A stretch of 63,685 nucleotides of DNA, the filler included, from Phoronis australis (lineage: Eukaryota; Animalia; Phoronida): assembly GCA_002633005.1 (NCBI GenBank). It is 11 parts of 11 records of this genome, joined end to end, with 100 filler letters (N's around TTAATTAATTAA, not from the genome) between each part and the next. Parts side by side here need not be neighbours in the genome. Positions count along the whole stretch, not along the records: positions 17,959 to 42,869 come from NMRA01000970.1; 10 more parts are not named here. The stretch is one strand, 5' to 3'. Below, piece by piece: positions 23,732-36,513 of this stretch (the stretch's first letter is position 1; each line of letters begins with the position of its first letter). Below the pieces are notes generated by a model. The model searched no databases, had not been told where the DNA came from, and was given only the letters and a program-made list of their open reading frames with translations. The position numbers and the translations under genes are program-made.

Positions 23732-26700
23732 CTCTCAAGTTCCGAATAGTCGTATCTATACAATTATTTTTTCAGACTCGTTTTCCGGTCTACACGGCGC
23801 TTATTCGGGTCTCTACGTTTAATTTTCTAACCTTTTTCCACTCTCCACGATTATTTAATTCAGCAAGTTCAAATTTTTGTTTCATTCAATACAAATTTGG
23901 TGCAAATCTTTGCTGCTGACACTGGGTATCGTACCTTGATCTTAAAACGAAGTTTATTCGCTTTAAACCTCTAGACCACGAGACACTCTGTTCAGTAATT
24001 AAGAAGAGATATACGACTCCACATTATACACGGAAGTCACATGTCATGCATATTAAAAATTTTATCCCCTAAAATATACAACTGTGTGTTTCAAAGCGTA
24101 AAATAATCGGACTCCCAAGCAAGGGTGTACGCAGCGACCGTCTGTTGGACGGCCAAAATGTTATTTTGGACGGGTTCGACGGGATCTGTGTCGGCATAAT
24201 TTAACCCTTATCCTGCTGAGCCTCTATTCAGACTACTTTCCCTGTGTGCTGAGCTAAGTAGGTCACCACTACTGCTGTGCACTAAGCTGTTATGGAGGTC
24301 ACCCAGACTAATGACCTAACAATTTTAAATTGGAAATTTGAAGGGGAAATATTTAATTAACAGAAAGGAAGTCAAAACAAAACTTGTGCAGAATTTAATG
24401 GAGATTTTCACCATGTGTAAGTCTTTATCATAGCCTTAGTGAAAGCAAACTGATCCACTGTCATCCTCTCCTGTATGGCTCCAGCCATGTAATGAAACTA
24501 TGTGTCTACACTTACATAAACCTGCCAATATCTCCCAAACTAGTAATCACAGCCATATGGTTTAAATTGGAGAACTGTAGAGGAATCTGTGAAGTATGGA
24601 ATGCTGGTGGTCACACATCTAAACAACATTCCAGGGCTCTTACAATTTCTGAATGAAAATCACTAGTGTCCTGGGGTGAGTGCACTCTCCTAGGGCAGCC
24701 CAGCTGTAACTTATTATAGTCGATTGAGTACACCCAACGAATTTTAATAGGATAATTGGCATGTCGGCTGACCTCGCCTAGCGCAGGATAAGGGTTAAAA
24801 AAGCGTGAAATGATGACCACTTTCTCAATATTAACGGCTGGTCGGCAGTCGCTCAAAGAAATAGGCAATCAGTAATTACAGAAATGAGAAATTTAATACA
24901 CAAAAAGTGCATTTTTCAATATTCCGCACGCCCCGTGACACAGATCAGTGAACCGGCAGCTCAACATACGTATCAATAAAAACGATTTCGACGAGTTTCT
25001 TTGGCTGATCCAATATTTGTGATTGCACCCTGTGAAAAACTTGCAAGCCGTTACACCTCTTCATTGTGTCTATCCCCAAATTTTGCGTTTCCGGGGGGAG
25101 TAATTCCTGGATTTTGCACAGCCAGTGTCATCTGCGGTTTCCGTCATTATTGACATGCGCATTCTACATACTTAATCATGTCGTCTGCCGCGAGAAGACC
25201 TAAAGAATTTCAGGATTATTTTACAAAACAAGAGATGTTCCAGAAACTGACATTGATTCAGGTGCTAGTAGACGACAAATAATCCAGCTACAGATACATA
25301 ACGTGGTGATAACGCGGCCAGTCAACGAAGCGCAAATACCCGTGCAATTAATGAACGGTGCCGAACCTTTCAATCNATGCACATTCTACATACTTAATCA
25401 TGTCGTCTGCCGCGAGAAGGCCTAAAGAATTCGAGGATTATTTTACAAAACAAGAGATGTTCCAGAAACTGACATTGATTCAGATGCTAGTAGACGACAA
25501 ATAATCCAGCTACAGATACGTAACGTGGTGATAACACGGCCAGTCAACGAAGCGCAAATACCCGTGCAATTAATGAACGGTGCCAAACCTTTCAATCAAC
25601 AAAGTACCAACATTACAAGTTGCCGACGTCATCGGACATCGGCATTTTTACAATTCGAATAGATTGTTTTTGTGAACAGGAAGAATGGACTTGTGACAAT
25701 CTTGAAAATGACATAGTTGCTAACGTTCGACAATCCAGTCGATATCTATTGAAATTGATTTCTACTTGCTCTCCCGTCCAAATAAATGGAAAAACGCAAG
25801 TGAATCGGTTTGTTTATTATACCTAATTAGATATTCAAGATGGTTGACGTAGTCATGGTCACGAATGTTGGGCAATTCTGCGAGAAATCTCAATTTCTGG
25901 CCGTGTAAAATTTTGGATGTAGCCTACAGACTTTTTGACGTCGAATTCTGATTAACATTACGAGGGTATTGACTGCGAGACATGAGACTGACAGAAAACA
26001 AAGGCTCGAATGTCAGGAACATGTATGATAAAAATGGGACTCGTTTTACCTAGACACTTTATTGTCTTTATTCAGACTGTCGGCTTCGTGGAAGACTTGA
26101 CGGTCCTTCTGAAATCTTTACCTCCTTGTTAGTTTTTGGACTTAGTCAACATTGTCACCTCTAGTATGAATGTCACATTCTTTTTTGAGTAAAATGATAC
26201 CGCTTACAGTGTTTGAAACACATCTATTTAGACTTCCATTTAAAGTTATTGAATAAACGAATGGTCTTTGTTTTAGCAATGACGCTTTTATTCCACTTCA
26301 CTGTACTATGTTATGGCATGGGTGGATACACCACTGCAGCAATTAAAATATGCTAATGTTCAGTTTAAAATGTTTTCTTTGAAACAATTACTTAAAGCGA
26401 AGGTAAGTCAGACAGAATTTGCTTCTTTGCACTATTATTCCTATCTATATCATTAGATTTTGCACTTCCTATTATTTCCATCTGCCGTTACTTGATTTTA
26501 CGCAAATTTGTAATCAATGTTACTCCAGTCAAAACTATTTTTTAATTTTCCACAAATTTCCCGTCTGTACCATTATTCCCTAGATTTGCTGTTTTGCATT
26601 ATTATTCCCTTCTATATCATTAATAGGTTTTACCTAAATTTATTATCAATATTATTATTCCAGTCTATACTATGTTTAAATTTCCACAAATTTGCCGTCT

Positions 26701-26890
26701 ATACCATTATTCCATTCTATACTATTATTAACCTTCCGACAAATTTCCGGTCTATACTATTATTCTACTTTTCTAGTGGCAAAAATGTTGGGCCTATACT
26801 ATTATTAGAGTCTCCACTATTATTAAAAATCGTGAAATTTTCTAGTCTATACTATTATTGCTGTCTCTACCACTATTCGGAACTCCAGAG
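23732..26890 (+). mobile_element. Large non-autonomous TA-flanked (mariner/pogo-like) element or composite; internally deleted relative at 55948-56300
   Basis: TA-CTCTCAAGTTCCGAATAG ... CTATTCGGAACTCCAGAG-TA, with tctatactattatt subterminal repeats at 26420-26875. The 55.9-kb copy joins 23732-23865 directly to 25145-25612. Confidence 0.6.
24205..24794. mobile_element. piggyBac-type MITE (590 bp)
   Basis: TTAA-CCCTTATCCTGC ... GCAGGATAAGGG-TTAA: a perfect 12-bp TIR with TTAA TSD. Confidence 0.88.
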
Positions 26891-27204
26891 TAAGTACCTA
26901 TACGGGAATTTGATTTTGTTATAATTACACTCAACTAGTATTTTGGCCCAACACTGGGAGTTTTTNNNNNNNNNNNNNNNNNNNNNNNNNNNNNNNNNNN
27001 NNNNNNNNNNNNNNNNNNNNNNNNNNNNNNNACATCATAGCGCCAGTCTTACGACTGGATTGCTCTGACCTTTTCTTAAGACTGGTGCTATGACTTTGAG
27101 AACCGCCACACGTTGTGATGAGACTTTTTGGAAGGTGAACCAGCATGGAGTGAGTGAGGGTCACGAACCCTTTATCTCTGATGAAGAGTAAATGAAAAGG
27201 TGAG

Positions 27205-27860
27205 CAGGGCTCGACATAACGAGCTAAAGGTCGCATTTGCGACCTGAAATTTGGAAATGCGAGCTGAGATTTTGGTGAGCTCGCATTAAGTCGCAAAATG
27301 CGACCTGGAATTTCCAACGTATGCGAGCTGAGTTTTTAAACTTCGCGGCAGATACCTGGGAAACACCATAGAGCAACTCGGGTGATTCTGATCGTTATTT
27401 GGTTGTTGCCAAATCAAGTTCAAAAGAACATTCATGAAAAGCGCTCCCGATGACTTGTAAACATGTCGCATGAACAAGGGAATGCAGAATTGGTCTTTGA
27501 CACATTTTATTGACCAATACTTTTGGCTTTTTGCAAATTTCCGGATGTGCCGAAGAAAGTTTCGGACCTCGCCGGAATAACACGTGATAATACGTCAGAA
27601 AGCAGCGGTGTTTCTACTAATTCTTAAACGACGAAATTACCAAGCTTAGTGGTGGAAAAACATCTATTTTTCATGTAAGGTGTCCTTAATATCAAATTAC
27701 GGCAACACCCACGGCAATATGCCTGATTGCACTGCGGCACTGGTCGGTTCCACTGTTAGTGCTGGAAAGCGGTCCCGGCAGACGATCGTCGTGACTTGGA
27801 AAAATGCGTCTCGTTTTTTTATCGTGAAAGACAGCAAATGTGAAAATGACATCCGAATTA
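27205..27860 (+). mobile_element. hAT-like non-autonomous element with CAGGGCTCGAC terminus
   Basis: Long homology to the reverse strand of 54990-55894, including the terminus cagggctcgacataacgagc. GCGACCTG subrepeats. Confidence 0.7.
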
Positions 27861-27934
27861 ATCGCCAAACGACGGGCATGTCTTTACGCGCTTTCGGCAT
27901 AGTAGAAACCCACACCGTCGTTGTTGTGAAATTT

Positions 27935-28105
27935 GCAGTGAATTGTTTCCGCGTATCAATGTCATTCAGCGAGTAGGGCAACGTTTCACGAATTTCTTCC
28001 GACAGGATGTTTTTTCAAACGTTAAGTTGAAAAGTTTGGCCTGCGAACAGATGGAAGGAATTCGCACTCAGCAGAGTTATCAGTCTTTGTATCCTTAACG
28101 ACTTT
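27935..28105. repeat. Dispersed repeat; inverted diverged copy at ~53878-54045
   Basis: ttaacgactttga, ttaagttg.aaa.tttgg..tgcgaaca and ttcacg blocks are shared. Confidence 0.6.
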
Positions 28106-28424
28106 GAAAACTTAAGTTTTGTTAGTTCAAAAAACTTAAGTTTTCATGAAAACTTAAGTTATTACTTGAAACTTAAGTTTATTTTTGAAAACTTAAGTTT
28201 TACACCTGAAAAAACTTAAGTTTTCTGAAAAACTTAAGTTTTCTGAAAAACTTGACATTGTGCTGAAAAACTTAAGTTTTTGGCGAAAAACTTAAGTTTT
28301 AAAAACTTAAGTTTCTTTTAAACCTTAAGTTTTTCGGAAGAACTTAAGTTTTTCCTCGAAAACTTAAGTTATTTTCCAAAAACTTAGGTTTTCAGCGAAA
28401 AACTTAAGTTCATTTTTGTAAGGG
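28106..28424. repeat. Array of ~16 palindromic AAAACTTAAGTTTT motifs ending in TTTTTGTAAGGG (probable transposon end)
   Basis: The motif recurs every ~15-22 bp with variable spacers. Confidence 0.9.
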
Positions 28425-28504
28425 ATCGAAGGAGCGACTGCGTAAAATATTTGTTCCACTGTCATCCACACATTTAAATGAACATAAAGGACATGTTGTA
28501 GTTG

Positions 28505-29167
28505 TCAGTTCCATTTGTACAGATTTAGAGTTCCCTCGCGCGTACGTACAATACTGTCACCATAGTCATTAATGCGACTACTCAACTGAGCTAGATATAA
28601 ATAGCCATCACGGTGGAACGACCGCCACATTATGCACTAGCTTGCATTCACTTGCGCATGCTCATAGAAACGACCATCGGTGCCAAGTTTATAAATCACT
28701 GACGAGTTGTTGAACTGGGGCGTCACATAATATAACTGATCGCCAGCTTCAAAAAATGTTGCATATCCGTTGCCATGGTTGGGCAGAGTTTCTAAGTAGT
28801 CAAATCGCCTGGCTGTCTGATTCCACTTGAAAATGGTCGGTGGCTGTTTAACACTGTCATCAGTGACAGCCATGTATCGGACGCCGCTCTTAGTTCTAAA
28901 TGTTGTTGGAGCAGTTTTTCCGCCAAAAATCTTGGGCAGCGTTTGATAAGTACTCCATTCTGCAATGAAAATGGTGACGTCACATAATAAGTGTCACTTT
29001 TAAGAAAACTAGTTCTGTTGAGCCGTGAGAACACACAGACGCATACCAGTGTCCAAACTAAGTAAAACTCTCATCTTGTAAAAAGTATACTCGCAACATT
29101 TACGCAGCTTGACATATCTGGTGCCTGTGCTGCCACCTTCGGTGTAGATACCAAACAGAGAGATGGC
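28505..29167 (-). pseudogene. EPTP/EAR-repeat protein gene, last two exons (29167-29104, 28959-28505), copy 1 with premature TAG at 28637
   Basis: AG/GT-bounded, phase-compatible exons giving AISLFGIYTEGGSTGTRYVKLQWSTYQTLP..PTIFKWNQTARRFDYLETLP..SSVIYKLGTDGRFYEHAQV..LNLYKWN*. This is three ~45-aa F..YQ.L...S.IY.W repeats. Confidence 0.75.
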
Positions 29168-29962
29168 CTGAAATACAGCTCAGCTTGAGTAGGTCCCATT
29201 GGCAAACAAGACTGAGGGATTGCATGTGGTCTGCAGCAATTTTGTGAGGCTTATGACCACATACAATAGCGTCTCACACACTTTTCGACAACATGCAAAT
29301 TCAAAATATTGTTTTTGACAAAATGTTCTCGCAAAAGGGTTAATTTGGGAGGTGAAAATTTACAAAGAATTCAAAGGATTGTCACACAGCTACGGAATTC
29401 TAGAGGATTTTCAACATTTTTGCAATGTCTTGCTGAACTTGTAAAACTCAATTGAGATGATTTATTTTGTCAACACGATGCATGTATATTTTATCGAATT
29501 GTCCTAGAATCCATTTGAAACGACTAATAAATACCAGCGCCTACCGAAAGGTGACATCTCTGAAACTAAACTAAAAATTACAACACTTTTAAACGTATTA
29601 ATTATCGATTACTCCCCATCGTCTACAAGAAAACAATTCGTTTAATATTTTCCTAATTACTTAAATGTCTCTTTATGCTCTCATTTTGCTTTGTCGACGT
29701 CATCATTGTGTTACTGAATGCTGTCACGTGGGACATGTATCACACCTTTTGTAACACATCGGACATCTTCCTAGCTTCAAATTTCCTTTTAGTGGTGATA
29801 ATTATGTGCCTATGTCCGACTTTCAGTAATGAAACAAATCATTCCCCATAGAAAGCCACGTGCCTTGCTGTTTGACTGAAGTTTACTTGTGCGCGAAGGA
29901 AAGAATTGAATCGAAGGGAATACCAGAATGTTCGAAATAACGCAATGAATGCACTACATGTA

Positions 29963-30270
29963 ACTAGTGAATGGCTATACAGACAATGCACTAGATTTAA
30001 CCGGTGAATGGTTATACAGACAATGCACTAGATATAACCGGTGAATGGCTATACAGACAATGCACTACATATAACCGGTGAAAGGCTATACAGACGAGGC
30101 ACTCGATATAACCAGTGAATGGCTATACAAACAATGCAGTACTTATACCAGTGAATGGCTGTACTGACAATGCACTACATCTATGCAGTGAATGGCAAAC
30201 AGAAAATGCACTACATACACCAGTGAATGGCTATAAAGACAACGCGCTACATTTAACCAGTGAATGTCAA
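29963..30270. repeat. 37-bp minisatellite, ~8 units (~9 units in the duplicate at 34811-35150)
   Basis: Unit accggtgaatggctatacagacaatgcactagatata. Confidence 0.93.
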
Positions 30271-30320
30271 AAACAGACAAACTCCACGGGAAGTGATCGC
30301 TAAAGTTTACTCGAGGTTAA

Positions 30321-31649
30321 AGGCGAAGGCAACCATTTTTCATATCACTTTTAGCACAAATAAGATTCGTTGATTATCCCAGACACATTTTTCACTTAAT
30401 TACAACTTTTCGTAATTTGATTAATTTCTCGTCCTCTACTCCGGAAGTGACGTTTTGGGAGGCAAGAGTTTTGCGCCAATTTCTTTTCATTATAGTCTGA
30501 CTGTGAGAGCTGTCGAGTCAGTCATTGTTCTACCTCGGTTGTGATAAGTTCGGTCGTCGTTTTGCTTTTGCTTACGAGTCACTCAACATGCCACGCTATT
30601 GCTGCGTGCCGGGATGTACTCATTATCGTCTCACACGCGCTTTGGGTAGCTTGCATCGCTTTCCGAAGGATGACACACTTCGCCGTACTTGGCTAGCTCG
30701 TTCATGTGAAGAACGCAGCGCTACACGTCCACGCAATATACAAAGCAGTGGAGGGTTACCGAATGTGTGGCAAGCATTTTCTACCGTCAGATTACGACAG
30801 AGATATGTACGCTGAATTGATGAAGGCCCTTGCGAAACAACGCCTGAAGAAGTGTACCACGTCGCTGTTGATTCCCGGCCGCAGTGCCCCGTCGCCAACC
30901 CCGAGAAGTGAGTTTTTGAAGCGAGAAGCCTCGCCAGCTGTGGCCACTATATACACTGTACAGTGATTGGTGGCACTTCATCTACTGTCAGCAGTGCCTC
31001 CGAACGTACCCTATAACGTGCAATTCCGGGAACTAGCAGTGATTTGCCCTCTGCTGTTGTCTCTAGCCCAGAGCCTGTAAGCAGCCCTGCAGCGATGGTC
31101 TGTAGTGGGAGAGAGGCCCAGTTCGACACCCAGTGAAGAGGACAGTTCGTCATCCAATGAACAGATCGGTGAGCCTAAGTTTCATAAGTTTATTGTGGAC
31201 TAGTATTGGAGCTATTTAGAAGGCGTCAGGTGTGTGGCGAGGTAGTCACACGGTGGGATGTAAACAGTTTGGGTGCTGAGATCACCCTCCAGTTGAAGTG
31301 TGTTGCGGGACACTCGGGCAAGTGGGACAGTTCTTCCTCTGTACTTTGGACGATAATAAGAATGCAGCAACAGCGTGGCATGTTGACTGACTCGTAAGCA
31401 AAAGCAAACGACGACCGAACTTATCAAAACCGATGTAGAACAATGACTGACTCGACTGCTCTCACAGTCGGATTATATGAAAAGAAATTGGCGCGAAATT
31501 CTTGCCTCCCAAAACGTCACTACCGGAGTAGACGACGAGTAATTAATTAAATTACGAAAAGCTGTAAATAAGTGAAAAATATGTCTGGGATAATCAACGA
31601 ACCTTATTTTTTTGCTAAAAATGACATGAAAAAAGGGTTGCCTTCGCCT
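30321..31649 (+). mobile_element. Kolobok-type derivative with two inverted 5' ends (~300-bp arms) and a frameshifted THAP transposase fragment
   Basis: TTAA-AGGCGAAGGCAACC...GGTTGCCTTCGCCT-TTAA. THAP from ATG 30588 to CVAGHSGKWDSS (~31340). The right arm 31346-31649 is the reverse complement of the left end, including MPRCCC. Confidence 0.9.
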
Positions 31650-31782
31650 TTAATGTCCAGTTTTTACTACATTAACGCATTTGTAAGTCGAAATTTTGTT
31701 TCAATGAAGGTAGCTCCATATTAAAATAATCCCATGGCCGATTTTAATGAAGACTTCCCAATTTACCTTAAAAACGCTCTAN

Positions 31783-31876
31783 TACGAAAAGCTGTAATTA
31801 AGTGGAAAATATGTCTAGGATAACCCATCAACCTTATTTTAGCTCAAAATGACATGAAAAAGGGTTGCCTTCGCCT
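31783..31876 (-). mobile_element. Kolobok 5' terminus fragment at a contig junction
   Basis: Matches 22425-22519; TTAA at 31877-80. Confidence 0.85.
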
Positions 31877-33344
31877 TTAACAGAAAGACGTAATTTGTTC
31901 CAAGGTCTTGGGTGACAAGAATTTTAAACGTTCTTTGTTCGTACTAAACAAACGTTGCAACATAGTAAGAAGAAAGTAATAATTGGAAAATCACTCCCCC
32001 AAATGGTGAGAACTCGACAAAACCGAAACAAACTAATGCAAACTATTCCAGCACGGTGAAAGCTTAGCCGAGGGTCATCGCAATTGTCCTTCAAGTTGTC
32101 TAAACTCCATTTGCAATTGACAATCCATAACCAAAAAGTTTGTCGGTATCTGACTGAATTCGAAATTATAAGTTTTTTCGAGGAATCTCAAGTGCTTGAA
32201 ATGTAAGATGGGAGCTGCTCACAGAAGGCGATTCTCGGTATATGAATGTCTGAAAATCACGAACGGGAAAATCCATGCAAATACGGTCGAACCACGGAAT
32301 GAGAGAATACAAGGAACGACAATTCGTAATCAATCTTTCTCGAACCTTTGGTTGAAGTTTTCTTTTAAATACAGGTGTTGCACTCACGAGAGTATGCAGA
32401 CACAGGCGGAAGGATCTCTACCACTACCGCATTCCCTTTGCCTACCGTGGAATGTAAACAAATGAATTAGAGAGGAGAACACCGGTGAAAAGTAGATCTT
32501 TGACACCCGCACACGAGCTCACATATCTCACTTGGGTGTCAGGTAGTCTCACCGCCATCCTCAGTGTTCATTAAATCATCTAATCCCGGAGCACCACAAT
32601 TTCTCTTGTCTACTGGTGGAAGCCAAGGTCAACATAGCGCTTTGAAAAAGCGCAACCATGACTGCGTTCAGAACAGCAAGGCTCTCACGAGAAAGACTCT
32701 AGGGTGATCACGTGTTTCGTTAGTAATGCATGTCAAGCGTGCATTTCAGGATTACATCTCCGACGGGCTTCACGTTAAATCATGTATGGCATTGGCGAAG
32801 TTACGAATCTTAACATTCACAACAAAATGTATTGCCCACCCCTATTACGGGTCCCCTGCCAAGCTAGACAATGAACATCATAAAAGCTAGAAATAAATAT
32901 ATTCCCAAAATAACATTACATTCATGTGAAAAACATACGCAAAGAGTGAAACACTTTGAAATATTAGCAAAGGCAATCAGTCGCCGTAAAGGTATAACGA
33001 GCGGCTTACTCTTTTTTCTTGAAATGACCTACCAAAGGCCATAGTCAAAATGATAAAATGTACACATACAACACCAAAGGGTATTCAAAACTCATATTTA
33101 CCGAACATTTACACCAAATTCACTGAAACGACTAATGGTGTTCAAATACAGCCACACAATATCAAGGTCACCTAGCGGATCTAAAGAAAAGAGGTTCATG
33201 TCACACTCTAGTTTGAACATATTACATAAAGTAAATAGTACGATCGAAAGCTTATGCTAGTGTTATCAAAGGAGCGACTGCGTAAAATATTTGTTCCACT
33301 GTCATCCACACATTTAAATGAACATAAAGGACATGTTGTAGTTG

Positions 33345-34015
33345 TCAGGTCCATTTGTACAGATTTAGAGTTCCCTCGCGCGTACGTACAATACTGTCAC
33401 CATAGTCTTTAATGCGACTACTCAACTGAGCTAGATATAAATAGCCATCACGGTGGAACGACCGCCACATTATGCACTCGCTTGCATTCAGTTGCGCATG
33501 CTCATAGAAACGACCATGGATGCCAAGTTTATAAATCACTGACGAGTTTTTGAACTGGGGCGTCACATAATATAACTGATTGCCAGCTTCAAAAAATGTT
33601 GCATATCCGTTGCCATGGTTGGGCAGAGTTTCTAAGTAGCCAAATCGCCTGGCTGTCTAATTCCACTTGAAAATGGTCGGTGACTGTTTAACACTGGCAT
33701 CAGTGACAGCCATGTATCGGACGCCGCTCTTAGTTCTAAATGTTGTTGGAGCAGTTTTTCCGCCAAAAATCTTGGGCATCGTTTTATAAGTACTCCATTC
33801 TGGAATGAAAATGGTGACGTCACATAATAAGTGTCACTTTTAATAAAACTAGTTCTGTTGAGCCGTGAGAACACACAGACGCATACCAGTGTTTCCTTGT
33901 CCAAACTAAGTAAAACTCTCATCTTGTAAAAAGTCTACTCGCAACATTTACGCAGCTTGACATATCTGGTGGCTGTGCTGCCACCTTCGGTGTAGATACC
34001 AAACAGAGTGATGGC
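33345..34015 (-). pseudogene. EPTP/EAR-repeat gene copy 2 (exons 34015-33952, 33799-33345) with premature TAG at 33657
   Basis: Same exon sizes (64 and 455 nt). It has GAG where copy 1 has its stop, but TAG where copy 1 has CAG. Confidence 0.75.
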
Positions 34016-35206
34016 CTGAAATACAGCTCAGCTTGAGTAGGTCCCATTGGTAAACAAAGACTGAGGGATTGCATGTGGTCTGCAGCAATTTTGTGAGGCT
34101 TATGACTGCATACAATAGCGTCTCACACACTTTTCGACCAAATGCCAATTCAGCATATTGTTTTTGACAAAATGTTCTCGCAAAAGGGTTAATTTGGGAG
34201 GTGAAAATTTACAAAGAATTCAAAGGATTGTCACACAGCTACGGAATTCTAGAGGATTTTCAACATTTTTGCAATGTCTTGCTGAACTTGTAAAACTCAA
34301 TTGAGATGATTTATTTTGTCAACATGATGCATGTACATTTTATCGAACTTTCCTAGAATTCATTTGAAACGACTAATAAAAACCAGCGCCTACCGAAAGG
34401 TGACATCTCTGAAACTAAACTAAAAATGACCACCCTTTTAAACGTATTAATTATCGATTACTCCCCATGGTCGACAAGAAAACAATTCGTTTAATATTTC
34501 CTAATTACTTACATGTCGCTTTATGTTCTCATTTTGCTTTGTCGACGTTATCATTGTGTTACTGAATGCTCTCACTTAGGACATGTATCACACCTTTCGT
34601 AACACATGGGATATCTTCCTAGCTTCAAATTTCCTTTTAGTGGTGATAATTATGTGCCTATGTCCGACTTTCAGTAATGAAACAAATCATTCCCAATAGA
34701 AAGCCACGTGCCTTGCTGTTTGACTGAAGTTTACTTGCGCGCAAAGGAAAGAATTGAATCGAAGGAAATACCAGAATGTTCGAAATAACGCAATGAATGC
34801 ACTACATGTAACTAGTGAATGGCTATACAGACAATGCATTAGATACAAGATGTGAATGGCTATACAGACAATGCACTAGATATAACCGGTGAGTGGTTAT
34901 ACAGACAATGCACTAGATATAACCGGTGAATGGCTATACAGACAATGCACTACATATAACCGGTGAATGGCTATACAGACGATGCACTCGATATAACCGG
35001 TGAATGGCTATACAAACAATGCAGTACTTATACCAGTGAATGGCTATACTGAAAATGCACTACATCTATGCAGTGAATGGCAAACAGAAAATGCACTACA
35101 TATACCAGTGAATGGCTATACAGACAACGCGCTACATTTAACCAGTGAAAGTCAAAAAACAGACAAACTCCACGGGAAGTGATCGCTAAAGTTTACTCGA
35201 GGTTAA

Positions 35207-36513
35207 AGGCGAAGGCAACCATTTTTCATGTCACTGTTAGCACAAATAAGATTCGTTGATTATCCCAGACACATTTTTCACTTAATTACAACTTTTCGTA
35301 ATTTGATTAATTTTTCGTCCTCTACTCCGGAAGTGACGTTTTGGGAGGCAAGAGTTTCGCACCAATTTCTTTTCATTATAGTCTGACTGTGAGAGCTGTC
35401 GAGTCAGTCATTATTCTACCTCGGTTGTGATAAGTTCGGTCGTCGTTCGCTTTTGCTTACGAGTCAGTCAACATGCCACGCTTTTGCTGCGTGCCGGGAT
35501 GTACTCATTATCGTCTCACATGCGCTTTGGGTAGCTTGCATCGCTTTCCGAAGGATGACACACAACGACGTACTTGGCTAGCTCGTTCATGTGAAGAACG
35601 CAGCGCTACACGTCCACGCAACGTACAAAGCAGTGGAGGGTTACCGAATGTGTGGCAAGCCGTCAGATTACGGCAGAGATATGTACGCTGAATTGATGAA
35701 GGCCCCTGCGAAACAACGCCTGAAGAAGTGTACCACGTCGCTGTTGATTCCCGGAAGTGCCCCGTCGCCAACCCCGAGAAGTGCGTTTTTGAAGCGAGAA
35801 GCCTCGCGAGCTGTGGCCACTATGTACAGTGATTGGTGGCACTTCATCTACTGTTAGCAGTGCCTCCGAGCGTACCCCATAACGTGCAATTCCGGGAACT
35901 AGCAGTGATTTGCCCTGTGTTGTTGTCTCTAGCCCAGAGCCTGTAAGCAGCCCTGCAGCGATGGTCAGTAGCGGGAGAGAGGCCCAGTTCGACACCCAGT
36001 GAAGAGGGCAGTTCGTCATCCAATGAACAGATCGGTGAGCCTAAGTTTGATAAGTTTATTGTGGACTTGTATTGGAGCTATTAAGAAGGCGTCAGGTGTG
36101 TGGCGAGGTAGTCACACGGTGGGATGTAAACAGTTGGGTGCTGAGATCACCCTCCAGTTGAAGTGTGTTGCGGGACACTCGGGCAAGTGGGACAGTTCTT
36201 CCTCTGTACTTTAGACGGTAATAAGTATGCAGCAGCAACGTGGCATGTTGACTGACTCGTAAGCAAAAGCAAACGACGACCGAACTTATCAAAACCGATG
36301 TAGAACAATGACTGACCCGACTGCTCTCACAGTAAGACTATATGAAAAGAAATTGGCGCGAAATTCTTGCCTCCCAAAACGTCACTACCGGAGTAGACGA
36401 CGAGTAATTAATTAAATTACGAAAAGCTGTAAATAAGTGAAAAATATGTCTGGGATAATCAACGAACCTTATTTTTTGCTAAAAATGACATGAAAAAAGG
36501 GTTGCCTTCGCCT
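35207..36513 (+). mobile_element. Second copy of the double-5'-end Kolobok derivative
   Basis: TTAA at 35203-06; right TSD mutated to CTAA; same flanks as 30321-31649. Confidence 0.9.

Noticed and set aside
25155-25597. ~220-bp tandem duplication
   Set aside because: The copies are separated by a single N (25377), so this is most likely unmerged contig or haplotype overlap.
28106-28424. Palindromic repeat with variable spacers as a CRISPR-like array
   Set aside because: The repeat is 14 bp with spacers under 10 bp, in a eukaryotic TE context.
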